In this document: one piece after another, positions 1 through 8,914 of the stretch
How the letters are laid out: each line of letters starts with the position of its first letter
How positions within the stretch are numbered: the first letter of the stretch is position 1
NCBI RefSeq assembly: GCF_000284115.1
Contig: NC_017080.1
Coordinates: 1,950,001 to 1,982,000 of the forward strand
DNA from: Phycisphaera mikurensis NBRC 102666
GTDB taxonomy: Bacteria; Planctomycetota; Phycisphaerae; Phycisphaerales; Phycisphaeraceae
Length of the DNA stretch: 32,000 nucleotides
Reading direction: 5' to 3'
Notes under the pieces: generated by a model
Told to the model about the DNA's origin: nothing
Database searches by the model: none
What the model saw: the letters and a program-made list of their open reading frames with translations, nothing else
Program-made: the position numbers and the translations under genes

Positions 1-1
1 C

Positions 2-820
2 GACGGGCTGCACCAGGCGGTGGAGGCCAAGGAGCGGCTGGCGCTCTCACCCCCGCGGGAGACGCTCGCGCGCATCTCCTTCCAGCGCTTCTTCCGCCAC
101 TACCGCCACCTCTCGGGCATGACCGGGACCGCCCGCGAGGAGCGACGCGAGCTTTGGAAAACCTACCGGTGCCCGGTGGTCGCGCTGCCGACGCACCGGC
201 GGCCGCAGCGGCGCGATCAGGGCATCCGCATCACCCGCAGCCGCGACTCGCGGATCGCCGAGGTCGTGCGCGACACGCAGGAGAAGCGGTCGGTCGGCCG
301 GCCCGTGCTCATCGGCACGCGGTCGGTGGCCGAGAGCGAGCGGCTCAGCGAAGGCCTCGAAGCGGCCGGCATCCCGCACCGCGTGCTCAACGCCGTACGC
401 CACGGCGAGGAGGCCGCGGTGGTCGCGGGGGCCGGCGAGGTCGGGCGCGTCACGCTGGCGACCAACATGGCCGGCCGCGGCACCGACATCGCCCTCGGCG
501 AGGGCGTCGCGGAGCTCGGCGGCCTGCACGTGATCGTCTGCGGGATGAATGACGCCCGCCGCGTCGACCGCCAGCTCTTCGGGCGGGCGGCCCGCCAGGG
601 CGAGCCGGGCTCGGCCGTGATGGTCTGCTCGCTGCAGGACGGTCTGCCGGTGCAGCACGCCCCGCGCGTGGTGCGGGCCACGCTGGGGCGGCTCTTCCCC
701 CGGGGGGTCTTGCGGCTGGCGCAGCGGCGGGCGCAGAACCGGGCCCGTTCGCAGCGTGCCGGCGTGCTGAAGCGCGACCGCTGGCTCGCGGAGAGCCTCG
801 GCTTCGCCGGCATCGAGTGA
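2..820 (+). CDS. SecA-like preprotein translocase ATPase, 3' part (5' end outside window)
   Basis: Frame open at window start: DGLHQAVEAKE...RISFQRFFRHYRHLSGMTGTA, TLATNMAGRGTDIALG, GGLHVI, and DRQLFGRAARQGEPGSA match SecA DEAD-motor motifs. Only a short tail follows motif VI. Confidence 0.85.
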   Translation, partial: DGLHQAVEAKERLALSPPRETLARISFQRFFRHYRHLSGMTGTAREERRELWKTYRCPVVALPTHRRPQRRDQGIRITRSRDSRIAEVVRDTQEKRSVGRPVLIGTRSVAESERLSEGLEAAGIPHRVLNAVRHGEEAAVVAGAGEVGRVTLATNMAGRGTDIALGEGVAELGGLHVIVCGMNDARRVDRQLFGRAARQGEPGSAVMVCSLQDGLPVQHAPRVVRATLGRLFPRGVLRLAQRRAQNRARSQRAGVLKRDRWLAESLGFAGIE

Positions 821-911
821 AGCGGGAGGTGCTGAGGTCGCCGGGTCGCGTTATCGGCCCGCCGCCGCCGTCTGGCCCGGCGGAGGCACCCGCTGGCCGA
901 TAGATCCCGGC

Positions 912-1382
912 ATGACGCCCGCACGACCCGCCCAGGCTCCGAACCCTTACCTCCGCACGAAGGTGATGACCGCGAGCCCCGAGGAGCTGCGTCTCATGCT
1001 GCTCCAGGGCGCCGAACGCTTCGCCAAGGCGGGGCGGAAGGAGCTCGCCGCCGAGACGCCGGACCTCGAGAAGAGCCACGAGTCCCTGATGAAGGCTCAG
1101 CGGATCGTCGTCGAGCTCTCCACGAGCATGAATCCGCGCCTCGCGCCGGAGGTGGTGGAGCGGCTGACCGCGCTGTACACCTACATCTACAAGCTGCTCG
1201 TCGACGCCAACCTCACCCGCGAGCTCGGCCCGCTGGACGAGGCGATCCACCGCATCGCCTACGAGCGGGAGACCTGGGTGCTGCTGATGGAGCAGAACCG
1301 AGCGGAGGCCGGCGGCGACGCAAGCGGCGGCGCGGCGACCACCCGGCAGGCCGCGCTGACGGCGTATCCGCCGGCCGCGTGA
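912..1382 (+). CDS. fliS: Flagellar export chaperone FliS
   Basis: NPYLRTKVMTASPEELRLMLLQGAERF and a helical protein of 156 aa are typical of FliS. Confidence 0.85.
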   Translation: MTPARPAQAPNPYLRTKVMTASPEELRLMLLQGAERFAKAGRKELAAETPDLEKSHESLMKAQRIVVELSTSMNPRLAPEVVERLTALYTYIYKLLVDANLTRELGPLDEAIHRIAYERETWVLLMEQNRAEAGGDASGGAATTRQAALTAYPPAA

Positions 1383-1666
1383 GCGAGCCCTCGCGGGGGT
1401 TGCGGGGGCGTCGCCGTGCACCGGTCGAGGTTCGGGTGTGCGGCGCCCGGGTGCCACGCCGCTTGCGGGGCGGGGTGCCCGCAGGACACGCGGCAGACCC
1501 GTGCCTCCGCCGGCGTCGCCTCCGGCGACCGCCACCCCGGCAGCGGCGTGCCGCCGACGGTGCCGAGCGTCCGGGTTCTCGCAAGAGAGGGGCGAGGAGA
1601 GGGGCAGGGCCCCCACTTGCTTGCAGCGGGCTCGCTTCGCCGATGCCCAAGCCGCACGCGGATCCG

Positions 1667-3727
1667 TCAAGCCGCGGCCGATCGCCGGGTGAGCGCCTCC
1701 GGGCCGCTGCAGAGCTCTTCGAGGGTCACCGGCGGGCCGGTCAGGTTGCCCTGGACGTGGTCGAGGCCGATGCCCTGCACGCCGGCGAGCTGCTCAGGCG
1801 TCTCCACCCCGCAGGCCAGGGTCGCGAGGCCCATGGCCCGGGCGAAGCCGATGATCGCCTGCAGCACCTGGAAGCGCGCCGTGTCCCCGCCGAGGCCGCT
1901 GATGAAGAAGCGGTCGATCTTTACCGCCCGCAGCGGGAGGCCCGCCAGGAAGGCGAGGGGCGACCGCTCGCGGCCGAAGTCGTCGAGCACCACCGCCAAG
2001 CCGGCGGCGTGGAGCTCGCGGATCGCGACGCTCACCGGCTCGCTCTGCCGATCGATCCCGACCTCCGACACCTCCAGCACCAGCCGGTGGAGCGGCAGCC
2101 CGGCCTCCTGTGCCTCGATCTGCACCCCCGCCGCGAAGCCGGGCGACAGCAGCTCGCGACGCGAGACGTTGACGTGGACCGGCGGTGCGCCCGCGATGCC
2201 GGGGGCCCGGGCGATCGCCCCCGCCGCCTCCAGGGCGGAGCGGCGGACCCAGCGGCCCAGGTCGTTGATCAGCCCCGCTTCTTCGGCAACGCCGAGGATC
2301 TCCGCGTTGCCGATGCGGCCCAGCCGGGGGTGGGTCCACGCCAGCAGCGCCTCGACGCCCACGGTGCGCCCGTCGCCGGAATCGAGGATCGGCTGGTAGC
2401 GCAAGTCCAGAGCGCTGCCGTCCAGCGCGGTCCGCAGGTCGTTCTCCAGCGTGAGTCGCCGCTGGGCGGCGGCGTGCATTGCGCCCTCGTAGGCGACGCA
2501 GGCGGGCCGCCCGGTCTCGCGGCCTTGGGCCTTGGCGGCGAACATCGCCAGGTCGCTGTCCCGGAGCAGCTCGCCGGCGTCGAGATGCTCGCGGAAGCTG
2601 GTTGCCAGCCCGATGCTCGCCGTGGAGACGCAGGCGTGCGGACGCAGCTCGTGAGGCTCGGCGAAGAGGTCGATCGCGGCGAGGGCCACCTCGCTGGCGG
2701 CGCCGAGGCAGGGGACCCGCTCGAGCAGGAGCACGAACTCGTCGCCGCCGAGGCGGTAGCCGGTCAGCGGCCCGCCGATGGGCATCGTGCAGCCCGCCGC
2801 CGCCTCGGCCGCGCCGGCCTGGAAGGACCGCTCCAGGGCGTGGATCCGCCGGGTGATGCTCAGGAGCAGCCGATCGCCCACCGCGTGGCCGAGGCTGTCG
2901 TTGATGAGCTTGAAGCGGTTGAAGTCCAAGAAGAGCAGCGCGAAGCCCCGGCCGTCGGCCGTTTCTCCACGCGGTGACCCGGCGCCCGCGGCCTCCCGCC
3001 GCGCCCGCTCCTCCTCCACCAGCACCCCCAGCCGCTCCAGCAGCGCCTGCCGGTTGGGCAGGCCGGTGAGGGCGTCCTGCAACGACATCCGGCGGATCTG
3101 CTCGGTGCGTGCTGCGACCTTCGCGTCCAGCTCTTCGACGCGTTCCGCGGCCGCCTTGGTCATCCGCCGCTTCGCCGCGAGGGCCGCGGCGGCCTGCCGC
3201 ACCTCCACCGCGTCGAAGGGCTTCTTGAGGATCAGCAGCTGGTCGTTGCGGCGGAAGCTGCGGCCCACCTCCCCGAGGCTCCGGTCGCTGAAGGCGGTCG
3301 CCACGACCACCTGCAGGCCCGGATCGGCGGCGAAGAGGTGGCGGATCGTCTCGATCCCGTCCCAGCCGCCCGGCATCCGCATGTCCACGAAGGCGACGTC
3401 GAAGGGCGTGCCGGCGCGGACCGCCGCCTCGACCAGGCGCAACCCGTCGCGGCCGGAACCGGCGACCGACACCCGAACCGCGTCGGCCTCGGCTGGGGCA
3501 TCGACCGCCCCGGCCTCCGGCCCGAAGAGCGCGGCCTCCATCGCGTCGAGCTGCCGTCCGTCCGGGTCGCTGCGCACGCCGGTGCCGCGGCTGAAGATCT
3601 TCTCGTAATCCGCCAGGATCGCCGGTGTGTCGTCGATGGCAAGCACCCGCACCGCGGGCGCAGCCCCGGCGAGGCGCGCAGGTGATCCGGCACCGAGCGG
3701 CCGGGGTGCGGGTGCGGGTGCGCTCAC
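1667..3727 (-). CDS. Receiver - GGDEF - EAL protein (c-di-GMP metabolism)
   Basis: REC motifs (VLAIDDTPAI, FVDMRMPGG, KKPFD), coiled linker, RLGGDEFVLL, GVEALLAW, HVNVSRRELL, VVLDDFG, AVKIDRFF. Confidence 0.9.
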   Translation of the reverse strand: MSAPAPAPRPLGAGSPARLAGAAPAVRVLAIDDTPAILADYEKIFSRGTGVRSDPDGRQLDAMEAALFGPEAGAVDAPAEADAVRVSVAGSGRDGLRLVEAAVRAGTPFDVAFVDMRMPGGWDGIETIRHLFAADPGLQVVVATAFSDRSLGEVGRSFRRNDQLLILKKPFDAVEVRQAAAALAAKRRMTKAAAERVEELDAKVAARTEQIRRMSLQDALTGLPNRQALLERLGVLVEEERARREAAGAGSPRGETADGRGFALLFLDFNRFKLINDSLGHAVGDRLLLSITRRIHALERSFQAGAAEAAAGCTMPIGGPLTGYRLGGDEFVLLLERVPCLGAASEVALAAIDLFAEPHELRPHACVSTASIGLATSFREHLDAGELLRDSDLAMFAAKAQGRETGRPACVAYEGAMHAAAQRRLTLENDLRTALDGSALDLRYQPILDSGDGRTVGVEALLAWTHPRLGRIGNAEILGVAEEAGLINDLGRWVRRSALEAAGAIARAPGIAGAPPVHVNVSRRELLSPGFAAGVQIEAQEAGLPLHRLVLEVSEVGIDRQSEPVSVAIRELHAAGLAVVLDDFGRERSPLAFLAGLPLRAVKIDRFFISGLGGDTARFQVLQAIIGFARAMGLATLACGVETPEQLAGVQGIGLDHVQGNLTGPPVTLEELCSGPEALTRRSAAA

Positions 3728-5667
3728 GCCGCCTCCCGCTTGAACCGCGGCGCCGAGGCCGTCGGCGTCGGTGCGAGCGGGAGCTCCAGCCGGAGCGTGG
3801 CGCCGCGGCCGAGGCCTTCGCTCGCCGCATCGAGGCGGCCGCCCATGGCGGTGGCCGCGTTGGCCGAGGTGTGCAGGCCGATGCCCAGGCCGCCGGGCTT
3901 GGTGCTGTTGCCCGGCCGGAAGAGCGTCGGAAAGCGTCCGCCCTCGATGCCGACGCCGCGGTCGACGACCTCGATCGCCGCGAAGCCGACGCCGGCTTCC
4001 ACCACCCGCACCTGCACCGCCGCCGGCTCCGCCTCACCGCCCGCCGCTTCGCGGGTGGCGCGGACGGCGTTGGTGATCAGGTTCCCGAGGATCTGCAGCA
4101 CCGCGTGGCGGTCCGCGTGGAGCACGACGCCCGCGCCGGAGCCGGTGGCCCGCAACGCGATGCCCTCGATCGTCGCCGAGCCGCCGTAGATCCGCAGCGC
4201 GTCCTGCACGATCTCCTCCGCATCCACGGGCTGAAGCACCGCCTCGCGGGCTTCGGCCGTCGCGTGCGCCACGTCGTTCTCCCGGGCAACGACGTGGCGG
4301 AGGTGCTCGACACCCGCCAGCACCGTCTCCAGGTCGCCGCGGAGCCCGCTGCGTTCGGCCTCGAGCCGATTGTGGAGGGCGGCGAGGTACCGCGGGAGGC
4401 CGCCGCCGCGCGGGTCGTCGCGCAGGAAGGCCGCCGCCGTCGCCGCGTCGGCGCCCAGCAGCCCCAGGGCGCGGCCGAGCCCGGGGAGCCGGCTGCTCCG
4501 GACCCCGGTGTCGGCGCTGGAGGCGGCGAGGGCGAGGCTGTTCAGCGTGTTGCCCACGTTGTGGAGGATCGTCACCGCGACGTCGGCGCGGCCGGCCCGC
4601 CGCTGGACGTCCTGCTCGTCCCGCTCCCGCTGGGCCCGCTCGGAGAGGTCGGTGATGACCAGCACGTAGCGCCGCGGCCGGCCCGCGTCGTCCCGCACCG
4701 CCACCAGATCGACCGCGAAGCTCGACCCGCCATGGGGCACGTCGTCGAGGTGGAGGTCCTCGCCGCCGGCGATTGCGGCCCGCAGGTCCGACGCGACGCC
4801 GGCGGGCGCGACGTCGGCGAGCCGGGGAACGTCCGCGGCGCAGCCGTGGAAGGCCGCCTCGGCCGCCGGGTTCACCCAGGACACCGTGCCGTCCGCCTCG
4901 GCGAGCAGAACCGCGTGGCGGGTGTGCTCCGCCACCGTCGCGAGCAGCTGCGTGCGTTCCTGCGAGATCGCCAGGTCGAACATCTGCCGCCGGATCCGAT
5001 GCACGGCGGGGCGGAACAGCAGCAGCGCCTCGAGCCCGATCACCCCCAGCAGCAGGAGCCCCGCGGCGAGGTGCGCCCGCCTCAGCCGGGCCACCTTCAG
5101 CGCCGCGGCGGCCTCGAATTCGGCCACCCGCTCGTCCATCCGCAGCAGGAAGCTCTTCTCAGTCCGCAGCAGGGCCCCGAGCGAGCCGGCGGGTCCGCCC
5201 CGCGCAAGCTCCTCCCGCACGCGGCCCGCCGCCTCCTGGAACGCGGCAAGAGCGGCGTCGAGCTCGGACGCAGGGAGGTCCAAGACGCCGGCGGACGCGT
5301 CCGCAGCTTCCGCGCCGGAGCCCGCGAGCCGGGCGTGCACGGCGTCGAGCCGGAGCAGGTCGGCGTCGAGCCGCTCGAGGACGCCCGGCCGCGACGGCCA
5401 CGCCGCGCCCAGCAACGCCTCCTTCACCACCCGCTGCGAGAGCATCCGCTGCCGCCCGGCGAGATTGATGGTGGCGGCGTCGTGGCCGTGGGCCGAGAGC
5501 ATCGTGGCCAGCAGCGCGTGGCTGCCGAGGACCAGCGCCGCGATGAGGCAGAGCCCGACCGCGTACCCGACGCGCAGCCGCCGACCGGCCGCGCGAGCGA
5601 GGCCCGCCGCCCGGTCCGACGCGGTCAACGGGTTCGCGTCCCGGGGGGTGTGGAGCGGCCTCTGCAC
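3724..5667 (-). CDS. Membrane sensor histidine kinase (PilJ-type N-terminal sensor, PAS, non-canonical H-box, HATPase)
   Basis: NLAGRQRMLSQRVVKEALL (PilJ/NarX-type sensor), PAS-like VLLAEADGTVSWVNPAAEAAF, ILHNVGNTLNSLAL H-box, GLGIGLHTSANAATAMGG ATPase motif. Overlaps the downstream REC-GGDEF-EAL gene by 4 nt. Confidence 0.85.
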   Translation of the reverse strand: MQRPLHTPRDANPLTASDRAAGLARAAGRRLRVGYAVGLCLIAALVLGSHALLATMLSAHGHDAATINLAGRQRMLSQRVVKEALLGAAWPSRPGVLERLDADLLRLDAVHARLAGSGAEAADASAGVLDLPASELDAALAAFQEAAGRVREELARGGPAGSLGALLRTEKSFLLRMDERVAEFEAAAALKVARLRRAHLAAGLLLLGVIGLEALLLFRPAVHRIRRQMFDLAISQERTQLLATVAEHTRHAVLLAEADGTVSWVNPAAEAAFHGCAADVPRLADVAPAGVASDLRAAIAGGEDLHLDDVPHGGSSFAVDLVAVRDDAGRPRRYVLVITDLSERAQRERDEQDVQRRAGRADVAVTILHNVGNTLNSLALAASSADTGVRSSRLPGLGRALGLLGADAATAAAFLRDDPRGGGLPRYLAALHNRLEAERSGLRGDLETVLAGVEHLRHVVARENDVAHATAEAREAVLQPVDAEEIVQDALRIYGGSATIEGIALRATGSGAGVVLHADRHAVLQILGNLITNAVRATREAAGGEAEPAAVQVRVVEAGVGFAAIEVVDRGVGIEGGRFPTLFRPGNSTKPGGLGIGLHTSANAATAMGGRLDAASEGLGRGATLRLELPLAPTPTASAPRFKREAA

Positions 5668-5862
5668 GCCGCGGTATCGACCGGCCCGCGGCGGTTCTGA
5701 ACCCGCCCGACCCGCCCTCCCCCCGCAGCGCGAGCCGGTGGAAGTCCGGCGAGAGCATCGGGCTGCATCCGCGGATCACCCCGCACGCGGGGCCGGTCGG
5801 CAATTCTCGCACGGTGCGCTATAGGGGGATCTCCCTCCAGCCGATACGCCCGCGTCGTTCCC

Positions 5863-6471
5863 ATGAACCACCGCGCGCTGATCATCTTGCCCGACGCGAG
5901 CTGCGTCGCCGCCGCGGAGCACGCGGGCATCCGCTGCATGGGCGACCTCGCGGTGCTCGGCGGCCTCACCGACGCCGAGGTGGACATCGCCGGCTCGCTG
6001 GCGTGCGAGGGCCGGATCGTCGGAGGCCGGGTCGCCTGCGGCGGCCGGCTGACCTGCCTGAGCCTCGGTGCCGAGGATTCACCCACCGCGGTCTGGGTGA
6101 ACGCACCCCCGCCGGACGACCGCGATGTCGTCGAGGCCGGCTGGCGTCAGCACGCCACGCTCGGCCGCGAGCTCGCGGATTTGGGTCCGCGGGACGACGC
6201 CCGGCGGCAAGAGCTCCAAGCCCGACGCGAGGGCATCCTCTGGCGCTTGGACCGGCTCGCCGAGAGCTTCGGCGGCGGGGTGTTGGAGGTCCTCGAGACG
6301 CTGGAGCCCGGCGTCTCGCTTCGGCTGGGCGTCCGCCCGGAGCGGTACACCTTCGTTCAGCGGATCGCCGGGCCCCTGCGGATCGAGGCCGCGCCCGACG
6401 GGCACCCGCTGCTGCGGCAGGGCGACCGGGTGACGCCGCTGCGGGGGGCCGGCGGCTGGGTCCGGGCCTGA
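5863..6471 (+). CDS. FapA/DUF342-like protein (flagellar assembly protein A family beta-helix)
   Basis: GDLAVLGGLTDAEVDIAGSLACEGRIVGGRVACGGRLTCLSLG resembles the repeated beta-turns of the FapA/polymer-forming family. Confidence 0.45.
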   Translation: MNHRALIILPDASCVAAAEHAGIRCMGDLAVLGGLTDAEVDIAGSLACEGRIVGGRVACGGRLTCLSLGAEDSPTAVWVNAPPPDDRDVVEAGWRQHATLGRELADLGPRDDARRQELQARREGILWRLDRLAESFGGGVLEVLETLEPGVSLRLGVRPERYTFVQRIAGPLRIEAAPDGHPLLRQGDRVTPLRGAGGWVRA

Positions 6472-6509
6472 TCCAGGCGCCTGCCTGGACCTGCGCTGGT
6501 GTCGGTGCT

Positions 6510-6515
6510 TACGCT
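6510..6515 (+). promoter_or_regulatory. Putative -10 box TACGCT, 5 nt upstream of ATG 6521
   Basis: TACGCT-ccgcg-ATG; part of a recurrent pattern in this window. Confidence 0.4.
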
Positions 6516-6520
6516 CCGCG

Positions 6521-7669
6521 ATGCCCCAGCCGCTCGACACCCGCGGCGTCATGCCCAACGGACCCGCCGAGCACCAGCTCGACGTCGCCCTGCGCGCCGC
6601 GGGCGGCGGCTCGTGGATGTGGTGGCCGACGGAAGATCGCGTTTCGCTCAGCGACACCTGCTGGACGATGCTGGGCTTCGCGCCCGGCGAGTTCGGACCC
6701 TCGGGCACGGCCTGGATCGAGCGGATGCACCCCGAAGACGCCGCACGCTTCGCGGCGGTCACCGCCCGGTGCTTCGACGGCTCGGAGGACGAGTACCGGG
6801 AGGTGATCCGGTGGCGGTGCAAGGACCAGAGCTGGAAGCACATCCTCAGCAGCGGCCGGGCGGTGCAGCGCGACGCGGAAGGCCGGGCCGTCACCTTCGT
6901 CGGGGTGCTGATCGACGTAGAGCCGATCCACCGCCTGCGGCGGAAGGTGGAGGATCAGAACGAGCAGCTCGCCGCCCAGGTCGCGGAGCTCGGGGATCGC
7001 AACCACGAGCTCGAACGCTTCTCCCACGTCGCCAGCCATGACCTCCGGAGTCCGCTTCGCAACATGTTGATGTTCGCCTCGCACCTGGAGCGGTCGCTGC
7101 CCAAGGGAGGCCAAGAAGCCGCCTACGCCAGGCGGATCACCCGGGCCGGCCGGCGCATGCACAACCTGCTCGACGCGCTGCTGGAGTACGCGGAGTCCGG
7201 CCGGGGCAAGCGGCCGACCGGCGTCGCGGACCTCGCCCGCGTCGTGAGCGACGTGGTCGAGGACTCGCAGCTGGCCGCCCGGGGTGCCGCTGTGTGCGTC
7301 GGCGCCCTGCCGACCGTCTCCGGGGACCCGGTGCTGCTGCGGCAGCTGATGCAGAACCTCCTGCTCAACGCCTTCAAGTACGCCGGCGGCAGGCCACCGC
7401 GGGTGTCGATCCTGGCGGAACGGCAGGAAGCCAGCGCCGACCGGTCCGCGCGGGTGCGGATCTGCGTGGCCGACGCCGGCGAGGGCTTCGATCCGGCGGA
7501 GGCGGAGCGGCTGTTCTCGCCCTTCCAGCGGATGTCGCACAGCGCGGAGGGATCGGGCGTCGGCCTCGCCGTCGTGCGACGCGTGGCGGAGCAGCACGGC
7601 GGCCGCGCCTGGGCGGCCATGGTGAACGCGGACCAAGCCACGCGGTTCTACGTGGAGCTGCCCGGATGA
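6521..7669 (+). CDS. PAS-domain sensor histidine kinase (phytochrome-like kinase core)
   Basis: PAS/PAC region (WWPTEDRVSLSDTCWTMLGF... GRAVTFVGVLIDV), HisKA FSHVASHDLRSPLRNMLMFA, HATPase MQNLLLNAFKY... VADAGEGF ... GSGVGLAVVRR. Confidence 0.92.
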   Translation: MPQPLDTRGVMPNGPAEHQLDVALRAAGGGSWMWWPTEDRVSLSDTCWTMLGFAPGEFGPSGTAWIERMHPEDAARFAAVTARCFDGSEDEYREVIRWRCKDQSWKHILSSGRAVQRDAEGRAVTFVGVLIDVEPIHRLRRKVEDQNEQLAAQVAELGDRNHELERFSHVASHDLRSPLRNMLMFASHLERSLPKGGQEAAYARRITRAGRRMHNLLDALLEYAESGRGKRPTGVADLARVVSDVVEDSQLAARGAAVCVGALPTVSGDPVLLRQLMQNLLLNAFKYAGGRPPRVSILAERQEASADRSARVRICVADAGEGFDPAEAERLFSPFQRMSHSAEGSGVGLAVVRRVAEQHGGRAWAAMVNADQATRFYVELPG

Positions 7670-7729
7670 GCGGGCGGACCGCGCATCGGCGGCCGCCCGG
7701 CGATCTCCCTACGGTGGCAGCGCACGATC

Positions 7730-8206
7730 ATGCTTGGGCCGGGCGGCTGCACCACGATGACCGATGAAACCGCCGACGCTGACTCCACGATGGGAGCGGG
7801 CAAGACCCTTCTGCTGGTCGACGACAACGAAGACGACCGCTTCCTCGCGCGCCTGGCGCTGGGTCGCGTGGCGAGCGGATTGGAGATCGCGGAAGTCGCG
7901 GACGGCCGCGCTGCACTGGATTGGCTGCGGGCCGCCGAGGACCCGCCGGCGCTGGTGCTCCTCGACCTCAAGATGCCGCGCCTGGACGGGGCCGGCGTGC
8001 TCGGCGAGCGTCGCGCCGATGCAAGGCTCCGCCCGATCCCCGTCGCCGTCTTCACCACCAGCGTCTCCGAGGAGGACGTGAAGAGGTCGTACGACCTCGG
8101 CGCGAGCGTGTACCTCCCCAAGCCCGACAGCGTCGACCGCCTCGAGGAGATGCTCGGCGACCTGATGCGCGTCTACCTCAAGCACGCGCGGCCCGCGACG
8201 CCCTGA
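7730..8206 (+). CDS. Rcp1-like single-domain response regulator (start may be 7757)
   Basis: LLLVDDNEDDRFLARLAL, LVLLDLKMPRLDG, VFTTSVSEEDV, YLPKP. Confidence 0.9.
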   Translation: MLGPGGCTTMTDETADADSTMGAGKTLLLVDDNEDDRFLARLALGRVASGLEIAEVADGRAALDWLRAAEDPPALVLLDLKMPRLDGAGVLGERRADARLRPIPVAVFTTSVSEEDVKRSYDLGASVYLPKPDSVDRLEEMLGDLMRVYLKHARPATP

Positions 8207-8266
8207 TCGAGCGTCCCGGCGCGGCGACGGGAGCACAGCACCGTTCCGCACCGGATGCACCGGGCC

Positions 8267-8272
8267 TACCTT
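8267..8272 (+). promoter_or_regulatory. Putative -10 box TACCTT, 5 nt upstream of ATG 8278
   Basis: TACCTT-cggcg-ATG. Confidence 0.4.
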
Positions 8273-8277
8273 CGGCG

Positions 8278-8814
8278 ATGCCGATCCCCGATCCCGCCAC
8301 GCCCGCCGAAATCGGCGTCATCATCGTCGACCACGGGTCTCGCCGCGCCCAGAGCAACGCGTCGCTCGAGGAGGTGGCTCGCCTGTTCGCGCAGCGTTTC
8401 TCCGACGCGCCCATCGTCGAGGCGGCTCACATGGAGCTGGCAATGCCCGACATCGCCGCGGCGTACGACGCCTGCGTGCGGCGTGGCGCCCGCCGGATCG
8501 TGATCCTCCCGTTCTTCCTCGCGCAGGGCAAGCACTGGACCCGGGACATCCCCAGCCTCACCTCGCAAGCCGCCGAGAAGCACCCCGGGACGGCGTACCA
8601 GATCGCCGAGCCGCTGGGCATCGACGATCTGATCCTCGACCTCCTGAAGAAGCGCCTCGACGCCGACGACCAGCCGGTGCTGGCCTCCGGCGAAGCCGAC
8701 CCGCGCCTCGCGGAGGTCGCGCCCACCGAGCGCCGGATCCAGTGCGCCACCTGCCCCTTCGTGCTGCACGAGGACCTGACCGTCACCATCAAGCCCGGCA
8801 GCGGCATCGGTTGA
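8278..8814 (+). CDS. CbiX/sirohydrochlorin chelatase-like protein
   Basis: GVIIVDHGSRRAQSNASLEEVA, VEAAHMELAMPDI, RIVILPFFLAQGKHWTRDIP. Carries an extra C-terminal CATCPF motif. Confidence 0.8.
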   Translation: MPIPDPATPAEIGVIIVDHGSRRAQSNASLEEVARLFAQRFSDAPIVEAAHMELAMPDIAAAYDACVRRGARRIVILPFFLAQGKHWTRDIPSLTSQAAEKHPGTAYQIAEPLGIDDLILDLLKKRLDADDQPVLASGEADPRLAEVAPTERRIQCATCPFVLHEDLTVTIKPGSGIG

Positions 8815-8820
8815 CGCACA

Positions 8821-8874
8821 AGCGAAGGTGTCAGGTACATTCAGCGTCCGCTGAATGTACCTGACACCTTCGCT
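8821..8874. repeat. Perfect 24-bp inverted repeat with 6-nt loop (REP/MITE-like palindrome)
   Basis: agcgaaggtgtcaggtacattcag (8821-8844), cgtccg loop, ctgaatgtacctgacaccttcgct (8851-8874); the arms are exact reverse complements. Confidence 0.95.
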
Positions 8875-8903
8875 CGTTCCGCCCCGGGGGCTTCCGGGTT
8901 TCG

Positions 8904-8909
8904 TAGGCT
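8904..8909 (+). promoter_or_regulatory. Putative -10 box TAGGCT, 5 nt upstream of ATG 8915
   Basis: TAGGCT-ccggc-ATG. Confidence 0.4.
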
Positions 8910-8914
8910 CCGGC

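Noticed and set aside
1379-2977. 532-aa plus-strand ORF
   Set aside because: Antisense to the well-supported REC-GGDEF-EAL gene; compositionally biased.
8821-8874. Rho-independent terminator for the cbiX-like gene
   Set aside because: Stem is perfect but no T-tract follows on either strand and the stem is unusually long; a REP/MITE-like origin is more plausible, though termination is not excluded.
8855-8914. ATG at 8855 as start of the FdhF-like gene (MYLTPSL...)
   Set aside because: The codons lie in the right arm of the palindrome; the same MYLTPSL also appears on the opposite strand from the left arm. ATG 8915 has a well-placed -10 box.
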